In this document: piece by piece, positions 21,891 to 34,620 of the stretch | Layout: each line of letters begins with the position of its first letter | Numbering within the stretch: the stretch's first letter is position 1 | Assembly (NCBI RefSeq): GCF_006345805.1 | Contig: NC_043015.1 | Span: 9,238,001-9,302,000 of the forward strand | Direction of reading: 5' to 3' | Source: Octopus sinensis | Lineage: Eukaryota | Length of the DNA stretch: 64,000 bases | Notes under the pieces: model-generated | The model's database searches: none | What the model was told of the DNA's origin: nothing | Seen by the model: only the letters and a program-made list of their open reading frames with translations | Made by a program: the position numbers and the translations under genes

Positions 21891-22095
21891 ACTTCCTTGT
21901 TATTCTTTCATTCCTTTATTTGCTTCAGTCATTTGAATGTGGCCATGCTGGATCACCTCCTTCAGTCGAGCAAATCACCCCAGGACGTATTCTTTGTAAG
22001 CCTAGTACTTACTCCCTCGGTTTCTTTTGCCGAACCGCTAATTTACGGTGATGTAAACACACCAAGCTATGTTGGGGAAGAAGCACAGATAACAA

Positions 22096-22213
<118 letters not shown>

Positions 22214-22227
22214 GTATATATATATGT

Positions 22228-22365
22228 TTATCTGTGTTTCTGGTGCCTTGTTGTACCATTTATCTACGTTTAACGTTTCGAGCGGAGCTCCTCTTCGGAA
22301 ACAAGGAGAAGGAAAGATCCCAAAATAGGAGAAAATATTTGAGCTGGTGGTGCTTAAGAGATCAC
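22228..22365 (-). ncRNA. Hammerhead-bearing fragment (CCGAAGA core)
   Basis: The minus strand reads CCGAAGA-G-GAGC-TCC-GCTC-GAAA-CGTTAAACGTA, with core 22298-22292, near-palindromic stem III ACGTT-A-AACGT and GUA at 22265. Proximal stem I is weak. Confidence 0.5.
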
Positions 22366-22395
22366 ATATATATATATATAATATATATATATATA

Positions 22396-22595
22396 CCAAT
22401 TAAGGACTGCACACGAAAAGTGGACAGTCAACATGCTAGATATAGACGTCAAAATTTCGTATATTTTTCACTTGTTTATTACTTTGGTTTTGTTGAGTTT
22501 GATCTGAGAACATAAACTTTTTTGTGGAGAATGGCGATTTGACGTCTATATCTAGCATGTTGACTGTCCACTTTTCGTGTGCAGTCCTTAATTGG
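22396..22595. mobile_element. 200-bp MITE with perfect 58-bp TIRs, TA-flanked
   Basis: CCAATTAAGGACTGCACACGAAAAGTGGACAGTCAACATGCTAGATATAGACGTCAAA (22396-22453) is the exact reverse complement of 22538-22595. Confidence 0.92.
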
Positions 22596-22940
22596 TATAT
22601 ATAAATATTTTAATCTTCGGATTCTTTTTTAATATGCTAGACCACTGGTTCTAATTGATAAATATCAATTTTTACCCTAAATTTAATTTTAAATATATAT
22701 ATATATATATTTATGTATAAATTTATATATGCAACGGGCCTCTTTCAGTTTCCGTCTACTAAATTTACTCACAAGACGTTGATCGGCCCAGGGCTATTTT
22801 AGAAGACACTTGTTCAAGGTTCCACGCATTTCGACTTAATGCGGATTTAGTAAACAAGTTAATTACCACACATCGACTCATTCGCCTATGTTGTTTATAT
22901 ACTTGTCTCCCTCTTTTGTTCTAAATATATGTTCTAAACG

Positions 22941-22997
<57 letters not shown>

Positions 22998-23009
22998 AGC
23001 TCCTTGTTT

Positions 23010-23105
23010 GCAATAAAGAATTAAGAAGCTTACTTCCCAACCACATGGTTCCGGTTGAGTCCCACTCCGTTGCAACGTCAGTGAGTGGCTTTTCCTATAG
23101 CCTAG
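23010..23105 (+). mobile_element. Degenerate 5' fragment of SINE family A
   Basis: AAGAAGCTTACTTCCCAACCACATGGTTCCGGTTGAGTCCCACT. Confidence 0.6.
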
Positions 23106-23140
23106 TTTAAAGGAAAAGACGCTCACTGACGAAGTAAGAT

Positions 23141-23374
23141 TCTTATTTGTTTATTGCCCACAAGGAGCTAAACATAGAGAGGGCAAATACGGACAGATAA
23201 AGGGATTAAGTAGATTATATCGACCCAGTGCGTAACTGGTACTTATTTAATCGATGTTGAAATGATGAAAGGCAAAGTCAGCCTCGGCGGAATTCGAACT
23301 CAGAACGTAGCGGCAGACTAAATACCGCTAAGCATTTTGTCCGGCGTGCTAACGTTTCTGACATTTCGCCGCCT
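23141..23374 (-). mobile_element. SINE family B
   Basis: Colinear with 1109-1338 over its whole length. Confidence 0.8.
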
Positions 23375-25183
23375 ATCCGCGAGAAGAGACTCAATAGATC
23401 GCAGCGTGGTAGCTGCTCTACTAAGCACGTCATTCGGAACGTCAAGTCGAGTAAGAAGTAAGCTTCTTACCACACAGCCACGCCTGCGCCTATGTCTATA
23501 ACATTCTACTTAAACTTAAACACGGTATCATAGTTCAGATACACCTTGACAGGTAAGCATTTACACTTGCTCACGTCCGAAACGTGAGAGTATATACGAT
23601 TATTCACAGTTTCGATGGGAAAGTCTCAAACGCGACTCTCAAACTTCATCCAACGTTCCTCCTTCCAGATGTATTGATTTCTAGTTAGTTTTCTTCTTTT
23701 AACCTGAAGCAAAATCTTGCGACAACACTGAACACCTCGATTTCAGAGAGAATCAGATATCCAAGCAATAGTTAGTAATTAATCTTAATTGTGAACTGAA
23801 TTGAAAGGTATTCACGACGAATGATATCGATATTCTTCAATTGAATTCAATTCTATCTACATGGAATAAACTGGCAGCAATTTCATTGTCAATGCTGAGA
23901 ACAAGGAATCAACACTGTACCTCCCCGCACCCACACACACTACATTTAACCCAGAGTTGATGGCACCGTGTTGTTTATAATTATTTTATCTACGTCACTG
24001 ATACGCGCATATTTATGCCTGCAAAAGTGTTCGTTTTCAGAGATATTATGTCACCTGTCGAGGCGGAGACAAGTCATCATTTCTCTAGCTTTGTCTCTAC
24101 TTCATTTTATACCGACTGCTTTCTTTTTGTTATGTTTCGTCGGTGTGGTGTTAGGGTGATTTAGATCGTGGACGAGCTCTGATTCGCATACATTACTGAT
24201 TTATCAACGAGAATTTATCGTGTTAAAATGCATCAGTAATACTTTTGGGCCAACTTAATCAAATCTCTCCTTCGGATTTTTAACCTGCCAATGTAGAAGA
24301 AACAGTATTTATTACTGTCTGTGAGCTAGAGATATAAATATTGATGCTGTTCCTGAATACAATATAAATCAACTTCACATATAACAAAAGCCAAAATATT
24401 TTTACTTTATTTTCATCTAGATTTACTCTGTACATTTAAAAAGAATGCATCCTGATAATTGGTAGTCTGACAAAATTCTATGGTCACTTCCACGAACGAT
24501 AGAAAGCATTCAAATATATTTTTTCTTTCAAATTGGACTCTGCAGTAAGAAAATGAAACTATAAATGGAAAACTAAAACATAATATAAACACGCTATATA
24601 TTTTGCCTTATTTTTATGTCATCATCAGCCCTAGGGAAATCAATACGAGACTGTTTCGCATTTTTTAGTAATGCTTCATTTACGTATAGGTTTATACGGT
24701 TTTATTTGCATATATTTATGTATTTAGTTAAACTTAGTGTGCCCCCGGTAGAGTGAAAGAGTATTTTAAAAAGTAATTTCATCGTATGTATACAACAATT
24801 GTAATGAATAGTAGAGGCTGTCCCGTGTCCAATAAATTCTGAAATTCAATATAGGTCTACAAATACGCTGACAAATTGCACATATATTATACTACACACA
24901 ATCTTACAGATGCAAACATACGTTTATATGTATGCATAAATACACCAGATACATATATTAATATACGTATATATAAGTGTGTGTATGAACATATATGTGT
25001 ATGTTCGTGTGTGTTACTGTGATTGCGTTTTCTATGTATTTGTATACGTGTGCGCATCATAAATATTTCCTCATTTTTTTTAACTTTTCAAAATGTTGAC
25101 AATCATAATGTGTTAATTTACTTGAATGTATTCACTGGAGGTGATACATGACCTACCAAATATATCAAAATATTCTTTTTGTC

Positions 25184-25457
25184 AGTCTGGGTTATATTTA
25201 ACTACACCCATTTCATACTACTTTTGAATAAAAGTATCGCTCATTTTCCTACACAGTTGAATTCTAGGATTTTTCGCGCGATTTTAACCAATTAATGCTC
25301 ATTACTTTTATTTGATAATAAGTCTGGCTTATATTTAACTACGCCTATTTCATATTACTTTTGAATAAAAGTATCCTTCATTTTCCTACACTGTTGAATC
25401 TTAGGATTTTTCGCGCGATTTTAACCAATTAATGCTCATTACTTTTATTTGATAATA
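25184..25457. repeat. 137-bp direct tandem duplication x2
   Basis: AGTCTGG...TTTGATAATA at 25184-25320 and 25321-25457, with few substitutions. Confidence 0.9.
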
Positions 25458-27222
25458 CGTGAAAAATCTACTTTATGTGCTGTATCAAATATTTCGTAGA
25501 TATATGAAGATATAAATGTCACCGAAAGCCTAGGTGAAACGCATGTATATATTCTTGAATTGTTAACCCCGGGCAACTATCAATGACTTACGAGGTAAAG
25601 TTTACAGTTTTCTTCACAAATTTAATTTGGTAGTTAATTACACATTAATGTAGTAGTATTTTCCAGGAAGATCATTTGACATTTACGCCAACACAAAGCT
25701 TTTATCTCGATATATCCACCATTTTAATAGTTTGTTTAACATTTGCGCTACGTTTTTGAGAACCGTCTCATGATTTATTTCAAATTCCAATTATCAGGAA
25801 TTAAATAAAATAATATCCCCTTAAAATTAGAGATGAGGGTATATCTCCTAACATTTACAAAATATTTAACTCACCAGCAACTTAATTAATTTCTTCTTAG
25901 ATTAAAGTATAGCGCAAGTGTCATCTTTTTTTTATATGAATAGGGCTTCTTAACAGGTATCTCACTTCTTTCATGGCGTCTTTAAATGAATGAAGATTTT
26001 CTGTTACATTCCATACAAGAATCCATGCGTGAAATGTTGGTTCCAAAATACGACTATACTCAAATGATGGATTTCAAACTGTTTACGTTCCGATGCGCTC
26101 TTCACTGCGTAATGAAGATTCAGTTATAACAGGGCATTATATAGCTTTTTTGCTTTATAAATCTACTGAGTACTGATATCTCTGTCATGTGATCATAAGC
26201 ATTTTGCGAGTGACCCATAAACGATGATATATACATACAGCGTAAGTTGTCCGAGTTGAAGCTAAATGGTCATAATCCTCATAGTTTTCGTGAAAAAAAA
26301 ACAGACATGAATCGTATAGGAAATACCATAAGCAAGACGGAAAATTATAATAAAGGGGACTAGTTAGGTTCATGGACGGGATTTAAAAAATCAAAAACAA
26401 ATGATCTGAAAAATAATTCAGTGAATTATGTATGAGAAAACGCAGTTTATAAGAGAAAACGCAGTTTTAGACAAAACGGAAGCGACATAGCTGAAGAAAT
26501 AATATTTAAATAAAACAGCAAATTTTTAAAATATTGCAGAAATACAACAATTTCAAATTACAAAGGAAACACATATTTTTCGTCGAATTGCAAGAATATC
26601 CGTCGATATTGAAAGTGGTAAACAAATCATTGAAGCTGGGCTTCATAACGGTATTTATAGAACAAAGTTGAAACATAATCCAAATAACCAGCAGCAAGAG
26701 AACTGGAATTAATTTTAGATTTTAGGGAGGATAATAGACAGTGATAACATCAACACAAGCATGTTTGCTAAAAGTATAAATATACACCTTATGAAGAATA
26801 GTGATATTCAATGACAACACAAAGCGTAGGTTGAATACGAAGCCAATGCGAATGCAACGACTTGATAATATCTTAAACTTCGGCATAATACTTTCAAGGA
26901 ACATACATAAGCTCGGAAGAGATGTTTAATAAGATCTTGACGTATCTGAAAACAACATGTGACTCACTCAAGGAATAGAATCACATTTAACTCTAAATAA
27001 TAATAAAAGTCGATCTATCCTAATGTTAACAAATCCATGGCGTATAATCCTGCTTATAGAGCCTTAACTTCAATGATATCGAAAACACGTCCCCAAAATA
27101 CGGGATTTCAGTTCAGAAGAGAGACTGATGCGACTAAATATATGAGTGTTAATGATATTACAGAATACTCAATCTCAAAGGAAATTGTGCAAAGATACTA
27201 CGCTATACTACGCAATATATAT

Positions 27223-27296
<74 letters not shown>

Positions 27297-27314
27297 ATAT
27301 ATACATACATATAT

Positions 27315-27494
27315 AATGGACGCAGGTTGTGTGTCAAATAGCTAGCTTGAGGCGGTAGCCTCTTGGAGCTAATCAGCGACAGCTTTAGTCTTATATTTAT
27401 AAGACTGCCATATAAGTATGGCGATAACTATATATTTCCAGTAACGCTGCCGTAATCTCCGTTAGAGAGACTTAGTAATTTTAATGTTTCTATT
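27315..27494. repeat. Dispersed ~180-bp repeat, copy with an internally inverted first block
   Basis: 27315-27430 is the reverse complement of 39793-39908, while 27434-27494 matches 39909-39970 directly. Confidence 0.75.
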
Positions 27495-27499
27495 ATATA

Positions 27500-27573
<74 letters not shown>

Positions 27574-27898
27574 CCGCTTGTAATAACACAATGCAGAATA
27601 CGTGGAAATTAAAACTTCTACGGAATTTGCATTCATTCTATCGACATTAAAATGACCAGATCATTGGTAACACATGTACAGAAACATTGTTATGTTTGTA
27701 AACTATATCATCGCCATGCTCAGTATAGATAAAAAATATTTACGCACATGGCAATAGTACAATAGACTGATATACATATGTGTGCCTGTGCTGGTTCGTG
27801 TATATGTGTGTGTGCGTGTGTTTGTGTAGTGTTTATGTATGCGTGTGTTTATGTGTTTGTGTAGCAGTTTCGAAGAATTTTACCTTCTATCATATATA

Positions 27899-28751
27899 CA
27901 GAGTGTCCATAAAATCTCTTTACAATTTACAAAAAATTCTAGAAAGGCAGTTGAGAAATTCATTTCATTTTAATAATTGTTTATTAATGTTGTTATTGAT
28001 ATTACAATTTTGTGTTTTAGATACTCTGTTGATGGAAGGGAACTGATTCACTGAACCCCTATAAAATGGCTACTCCTCATGAAAAGGCACAATATATGTC
28101 CTGGTTTATTGAGACAAAATTGGATGTTCAGACTCAATGAAAGTACAGAAATAAGTATGGAAGAGATCCACCATCGCGTCCTTCAATTCGTGCATGTGTG
28201 GCCTGGAATCATGAGCAATCGAGTAAGTGGTCCATTTTTCTTCAAGGAGGCAACAATTACTGCAGATGTTTACCTCAACATTCTGACCAAATATGTTGCA
28301 CCACAACTGATTGATTTACAACTAACCATCATTTTCCAGCAAAATGGTGCACCACCACATTAGGGACGGCATGTTCTTCAGTTCCTCAATCAAACATTTC
28401 CAGATCGATGGATTGGAAGGGATGGGCCACCGTGTTCGCCAGATATCACTCCCTTGGACTTCTTTTTATGGGGTTAGGTAAAAGATAAGGTGCATCAAAC
28501 AAAGATACGGGACATTGCTGACTTGAAGTAAAGGATGCCTAATGCCATTGCCACCGTTGATGAGGCTATCTTACAGCGAACATGGCAAGAAATCGAGTAC
28601 CGTCTTCAGGTGTTTCGCGCAACTAATGGTGCCCATACTGAGATCGATTAAATAACAGTTAAAAAAACTAATAAACATTTATTACAATAAAACAAATCTG
28701 GTTAAAATATGTTGTCAACTATTATTGTAAAGAGACTTTCTGGACACCCTG
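27899..28751 (+). mobile_element. Internally deleted Tc1/mariner-superfamily transposon (maT/DD37D-like), dead
   Basis: TIRs CAGAGTGTCCATAAAATCTCTTTACAA / TTGTAAAGAGACTTTCTGGACACCCTG with TA on both sides. Transposase remnants read GPFFFKEATITADVYLNIL, IFQQNGAPPH, RWIGR and SPDITPLDFFLWG. Confidence 0.9.
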
Positions 28752-30497
28752 TATATATATGTATATATTTGTTTCTGTTATTGGACCATCTTGCGACAAT
28801 ACACATTCCTCTGGTATAGAGCAATACCGATTAAATATTAATTGAAGAATGCACTTATTTTGATAAATACATTTGTCTTAATAATCGAATTGTGTAATCG
28901 TTTATGCATTGCTGGGCGTCTCTTTATAAACATTAATTTTGAATGTAATGTGTATTTACATTTGAAGAATCAATTATATCTTCAACACACTTTGTTTAAT
29001 TCTGAGGAGCCAATACAATTCTTACTCTACTCTTTTTTGATATTCTATGTATGATTCCAATTATCTGAAGTCATTTCAACAATTCACTGATGCTACTCGT
29101 ATTTCAGGTTCAGCGATAAACATGATCTTAGAATCAACTTCAATGAAATGCAGTTTTTTCTCTTTCGCAGGTTTCTGAAATCTCTAAAGTAATGGTTAAA
29201 TTTTAGTAATAGTATCATAAGTAATAACTTGTAGTAGAGATATTTGGCTATTGCAAAACACCATGGAAGCGAAGGCTGATCACTTTATCTAACTAAACAT
29301 GTAACTGCTGTTCAGTTACTGATAGCATCACGAGCTCAAATAATACGGGTAAAAGGGTTGGATTTACAATTCCGTTTTTGGCACCATTTTTTCATTGGAA
29401 GAAGTAGCATTTGTAAGTAGAACTATGTCTAGGCACAGGTGAGAAGTAGAGATATACGTTTAAGTTGATCAGCTGTGAACAGCGTCTATAACTATAAAGA
29501 CAAAATCTATCAAGGCAACGATACAACTAAAACCCCTATCTGCTAAAGTCACGTCTTGCTTGAAACTGTCATTATCGACCGCATTAGTATCTCACAAACA
29601 TTGAAGTAGTATGGAATTCTTTGTCGATTGTAATAACACAATACAGAATTGGTGAATATTGAAACTAAATATTTTTGTATTCAAAACTTCTATGGAATTT
29701 TCATTGATTCTACCGAATTGAAAATCTCCAGATCATCACACTGGTAGCACACGTAGAGGAATATTGTTATGTTTGCAAACTATATCATCGCCATGCTCTT
29801 TATAGGTAAGAATGAATGCCGAATGAAGTCTGATATTTAAGTAATTAATTCGAGAAAAAATACTGCAACTCTTAATTATCAGTTAAAGTTCTCAAAGGAA
29901 ATAAAAAATGGAAGTGCGACAACATGCTGTATACTTGCCACGATTTCAAAGAAATCGCGTTATGGAATTAATCCTGGAGACTGAGGATTTGCAAATATTC
30001 AAGAATATTTCAGCGATATTATGCCATGGGGTTTGTAAGTGTTTAAGCCGGTATAATTAGTAAAACATACAACTGGCATAAGAGCATTTAAGTTCAGATT
30101 ATTCATTCATTCAGATGTGCCACCGTCTTGAAATTATATGTGATGAAATTGACGAAACTCATTGAAACAACTTTGATTTGTAGTGTTATATCTGTTAGCA
30201 TCTTCTTTAAAAGGATATTTGTTGTAGATTTTCATCGCAATATAATGAAACAGTGGGTTTTATTGTTCATTATATACAATATTGTCATTCTTCGAGATCA
30301 TTATTAGCTCACATTCCAGTGAAATGACAGATTTGTTTTTGTGTTGCTCTATATTACACAATTTCAATAACATATATTCCTGTTTTTTTTCATATATATA
30401 TATGTGTGTGTGTGTGTGTGTATAAACACACATATACACTCACACATACATACTTACACAGTGATCATATATTCGTGGAAATTTGTATATATATATA

Positions 30498-30537
<40 letters not shown>

Positions 30538-31089
30538 TACATTTTCTGTGGTATGTTATGAACATCGGTGAGTTGATGCATGCTAAATCTCACTTGGAAA
30601 TGAACCAATAATATTTCTGCATTTTTGGAACTATATATTAAGTACTATTCCCTAAGGAGAAGAGGAATTAGCAAAGCTAATTTAATAAACTTCAATTTGC
30701 ATTCTTAAACACGTTGTATATCAAAATGTTTATTGCTGATGTAACGTATCAAATTTACTATTCATTCCCGTGTAATTTGATTTGCATGATGGAAGGAAAG
30801 CCCATTGCATATTCAACATAGTCATTTTTAATATCGTTTCCATATTAAATTAAATCTCTAACACTTGTTAGGCTGTAAATGATTCCTCAATTTTCCGTAT
30901 ATGCAAGGTATCTGCCAAGTATGATATATGATTTTTTTAAAAATTTTTGATTTGTCAATTACATGGATACGTAGAAATCTGAGAGAAATTTCAATCAATT
31001 TCAAATATCAAATTGAGCAACTTCTAAATGGATCTTGAGGATGTGATGAAATATTATATATACGCTTAATCCTGTAGTGGATTTCATTT

Positions 31090-31173
31090 ATACGACGGGA
31101 TTCTTTCAGTTTTCGTCTGCTAAAACCATCCACTCACAAGGCTTTAGTCGGCCCGAGACTATAGTAGACTACG
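31090..31173 (-). mobile_element. Fragment of SINE family A
   Basis: TACGACGGGATTCTTTCAGTTTTCGTCT...CACTCACAAGGCTTTAGTCGGCCCGAGACTATAGTAGA. Confidence 0.7.
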
Positions 31174-31339
31174 CTGCCACTCCTACGTCTATATGTTATT
31201 TATATTTAAATCTTACTTTATTTATGTTTATAAATTGCACATCTTACCTTTCTATATTTACGTATATTATTTATGTTTAATTCTTATATATATTTGGAAA
31301 TCACATATCGTACGTTTCTCTTTTCTATGTATGAATGAG

Positions 31340-32090
31340 CTATTCCATGTCGGTCACCGGAGTGATATTTGATCCCTTTATAGAGTGTTTGAGTGTCGGT
31401 TTGGTGTCTGGAATGGGACAGCTTACCTCATGGGTGGGTAGAAACTCTTTAACCTTGGCTGGTAATCTACCTAGAAGGAAATCTACGAAATAAAACCTGA
31501 GTTCTTTTAATTTTCTGGTTCGTTAATTTTCATGGTGCACCAGCAAAAGTATTTTTGGGCCAATAGTTGGGGGTTGTGCAGTGCAAGCTACACCCACTGA
31601 AAATTATTCACCTGCACAGGTAATTCCTGTACTCTAAATTTTAGTAAAACATTGAATTGGTTGGTTGGTTGGTTGGTAGATACCTAAAAATGCTCTTGTA
31701 CCTTACTCTAAAATGTCTGAAACATATTCAGTAAATGGGAAAACGGCTTGGGAACGTCACGAAAATAGGTCTGGCTCCGCAGGCATCCCGGTGTATCATA
31801 GACTGGGCTTGAAGTATACTGTACCATTGTGGTCAAACAATCTTCAAAAAAAAATTAAAATAAACATCCTTTGAATTTTGGTTGTTGGAATGTGCGCACA
31901 CTTCTTGATGATGATTTGAACAAGAGACCAGAAAGGCGTACTGCATTTATTGCATGTGAGCTTAAGAAATATTCCCTTGATATAGTTGCGTTCTCTGAAA
32001 CTCGTATTTCTGGTGAGGGTCAAGCAAATGAACCTACTTATAGATATACTATTTTTTGGAGTGGCCTACCGAAGGGTCAGCATAGAGAAG
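31340..32090 (+). pseudogene. 5' end of an RTE-clade LINE (5' UTR + N-terminal AP endonuclease), 3'-truncated
   Basis: NFGCWNVRTLLD...RPERRTAFIACELKKYSLDIVAFSETRISGEGQ...YTIFWSG is the typical RTE/BovB APE start. It breaks off into (GAA)n-like and (TA)n sequence. The 5' boundary is approximate. Confidence 0.88.
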
Positions 32091-32156
32091 AAGGAGAAGA
32101 ACAAGAAGAACAAGAAGAAGGTGGAGGAGTAGAAGAAGAAGATATATATGTATATA

Positions 32157-32222
<66 letters not shown>

Positions 32223-33872
32223 CAATAGTGATAAAATATTCTGATATGCATTATGAACGAAATTTCATATGAATGTGGAAACTGGTATTATAGAAATTCT
32301 AAGTTAATATATGTATTGTCTTCAGACATGTCCTTTGTAATAATTGTATATAAATCAACCATGATATGAAAATCTGTGTTAAAAGCAATATTTCTTCTAC
32401 AGTAGTATGTATTGGTACATGCGCAGATTAGCAATGAATGTTTAGAAACAGGATGCAAAATAGCTCAGCGCCTCAGATTTTCCGAATTCCTGCTAAACAT
32501 ATAGCGGTATTCAATTGGAGGTTTCCTTCGCCGTTAGAATTTGAAACAACAATATTGTAAACAAAAGTGAAGTTGCATTTTCATATGTAAAATCGAAAGT
32601 CTAAATACTCTTTATAAAATTCTTACTTTGCCCATGCTTTATTCCATGCATATCAGTCCATGTGAACAGCTTCAACTTTCAAAGGCATGTTTGAAGCGAA
32701 TGACATTACGGAGGCGGTCGGTCTTCCAAACGAAAACCGATTGCAATGTATAAAAATTAATTAACTGGGTATGTATATCAAATAGTTTACTTGATACCGC
32801 TTTCCTTTCGAAATTACTGGCTGATACTGTATCCTAATAGATGACTTAACTTTTCTTCTTTCACTTTCGTTTTTGGATTAGATTTAAAAACTAAATATTT
32901 ATCTTCCTGACAACGGTCCTTCGACTTTAGTAACTTTAGTGTTGTTATTAGTATGCGTCACATGGACATTGAGTTTACGACTACGAGTTCCCTTTCACCT
33001 ATCTCAATGGAAGCATCGATAATTTACGTCGATTATATTATATCACATATACAATATTGCTGTTGCTTTTTTTTTATCTACGATTTCATATATTCACCCT
33101 GGTCATTTATAACTTTCTCCTTGACTACAGTTTGCATTCAGATACTCTTATTTGCTACCTTGTACTGCAGAGATTATTCAATCTTTGCGAATTATTTATT
33201 AGTTATTTTCCTTGTCAAAGGTGTTCTATGTTTCAATTGGTCTCATTTATTTCAGCTCTTCAAAAATGTTATAAACAAACGTTGATAAAACAATGGATTG
33301 TTATTTATCTATTTGTCAATTTCAAATACTAAATACACATGTCTAACATAGATACCGCTTTGTCCTGGACAGGAAAACTTAAGGTACGCAACTGTTTTCC
33401 ATATTTTTTATAAGACACGCTATAAGGTATGAAAAGAAATTTTCTCTACGTGATCAGAGAAATGCCTGGGTATTAAATTGTGATCATTTGCTAATTTAAA
33501 TAAGCCTGCGCAGATGTCGCATATATTTTGGTCAACTTTGTCATTTTAGTTATGCATGACTTTGGGGCATCATCTTTTAGACACACACACAAACACACAC
33601 ATACACATACACATACAAAGGGAGACAGAAACAGAGACATACACACACATATTCATACGTATATACAGGGAGATAGAAAAATGCAAAAATAAACTTACAG
33701 TCACGCACACTTTTGCATTGAAGTATAACTGTAAATATGGCCTGTGGAAATATTGTAATATTGTATATAATCATGGCAAAACAGAAGGCAACATTTCTGT
33801 CGTCACCTGACAGCTTAAACAAAGATTCACTGAATATACTGAATGCATTTTTGAAAGACAACACACACACAC

Positions 33873-33923
<51 letters not shown>

Positions 33924-34432
33924 GAATTGCCTTTTTCTTATTGCCAATAACACAAACTTTGCTGGATTTGTATATCCTTATGTGTGTAACAGTTTATATT
34001 ATATTCCTTCCTTGCAATTTTCTAATCCAGTTTCTAATTTCCCTTGTTCAGTTATTTATTTCATTTATTTATTTATTTTATAACGTCTTAATAACACCCC
34101 CTTTATTTGGCTACATTATTGATACGCATATTTTCTACACATTTTCGTATATTGAACTATTCTTATTGCTTTATTTTTTCTTTCACTTTTTCCGTATCAT
34201 GTGATTGGATTCTGCATGGATACAGAATTTATTAGCTAAATATAGAAACTACAATTCCCAGAAATTATAGTATTTTATGTTACATAGTGCGGAATATATC
34301 GAACAATGTACTGCACAGCGCGCAGCTAACCAAAAAAATAAAGCGTGCTATATATGAATAAGTGTATGAATGATGCGTATCATCAAAGTAAAGCGAAAGG
34401 TAAACAACGAAAAATACTGCAACAACATTAAT

Positions 34433-34520
<88 letters not shown>

Positions 34521-34563
34521 GCTACTACTACTACTGCTGCTACGAATAATAATAATAATAATA

Positions 34564-34603
<40 letters not shown>

Positions 34604-34620
34604 CACCACCACCGCCACCA
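34433..34620. repeat. Compound trinucleotide microsatellite (TAC)n-(AAT)n-(CCA)n
   Basis: Directly visible; it explains the poly-V/L and poly-S/I ORF calls. Confidence 0.95.

Noticed and set aside
24614-24660. Minus-strand GAAAC...CTGATGA (type II hammerhead order)
   Set aside because: Stems I and III cannot be formed.
29732-29805. Exon-like segment with an AG|GTAAG donor
   Set aside because: A diverged copy with a frameshifting deletion lies at ~27577-27735, so it is more likely part of a repeat. The peptide is not recognised.
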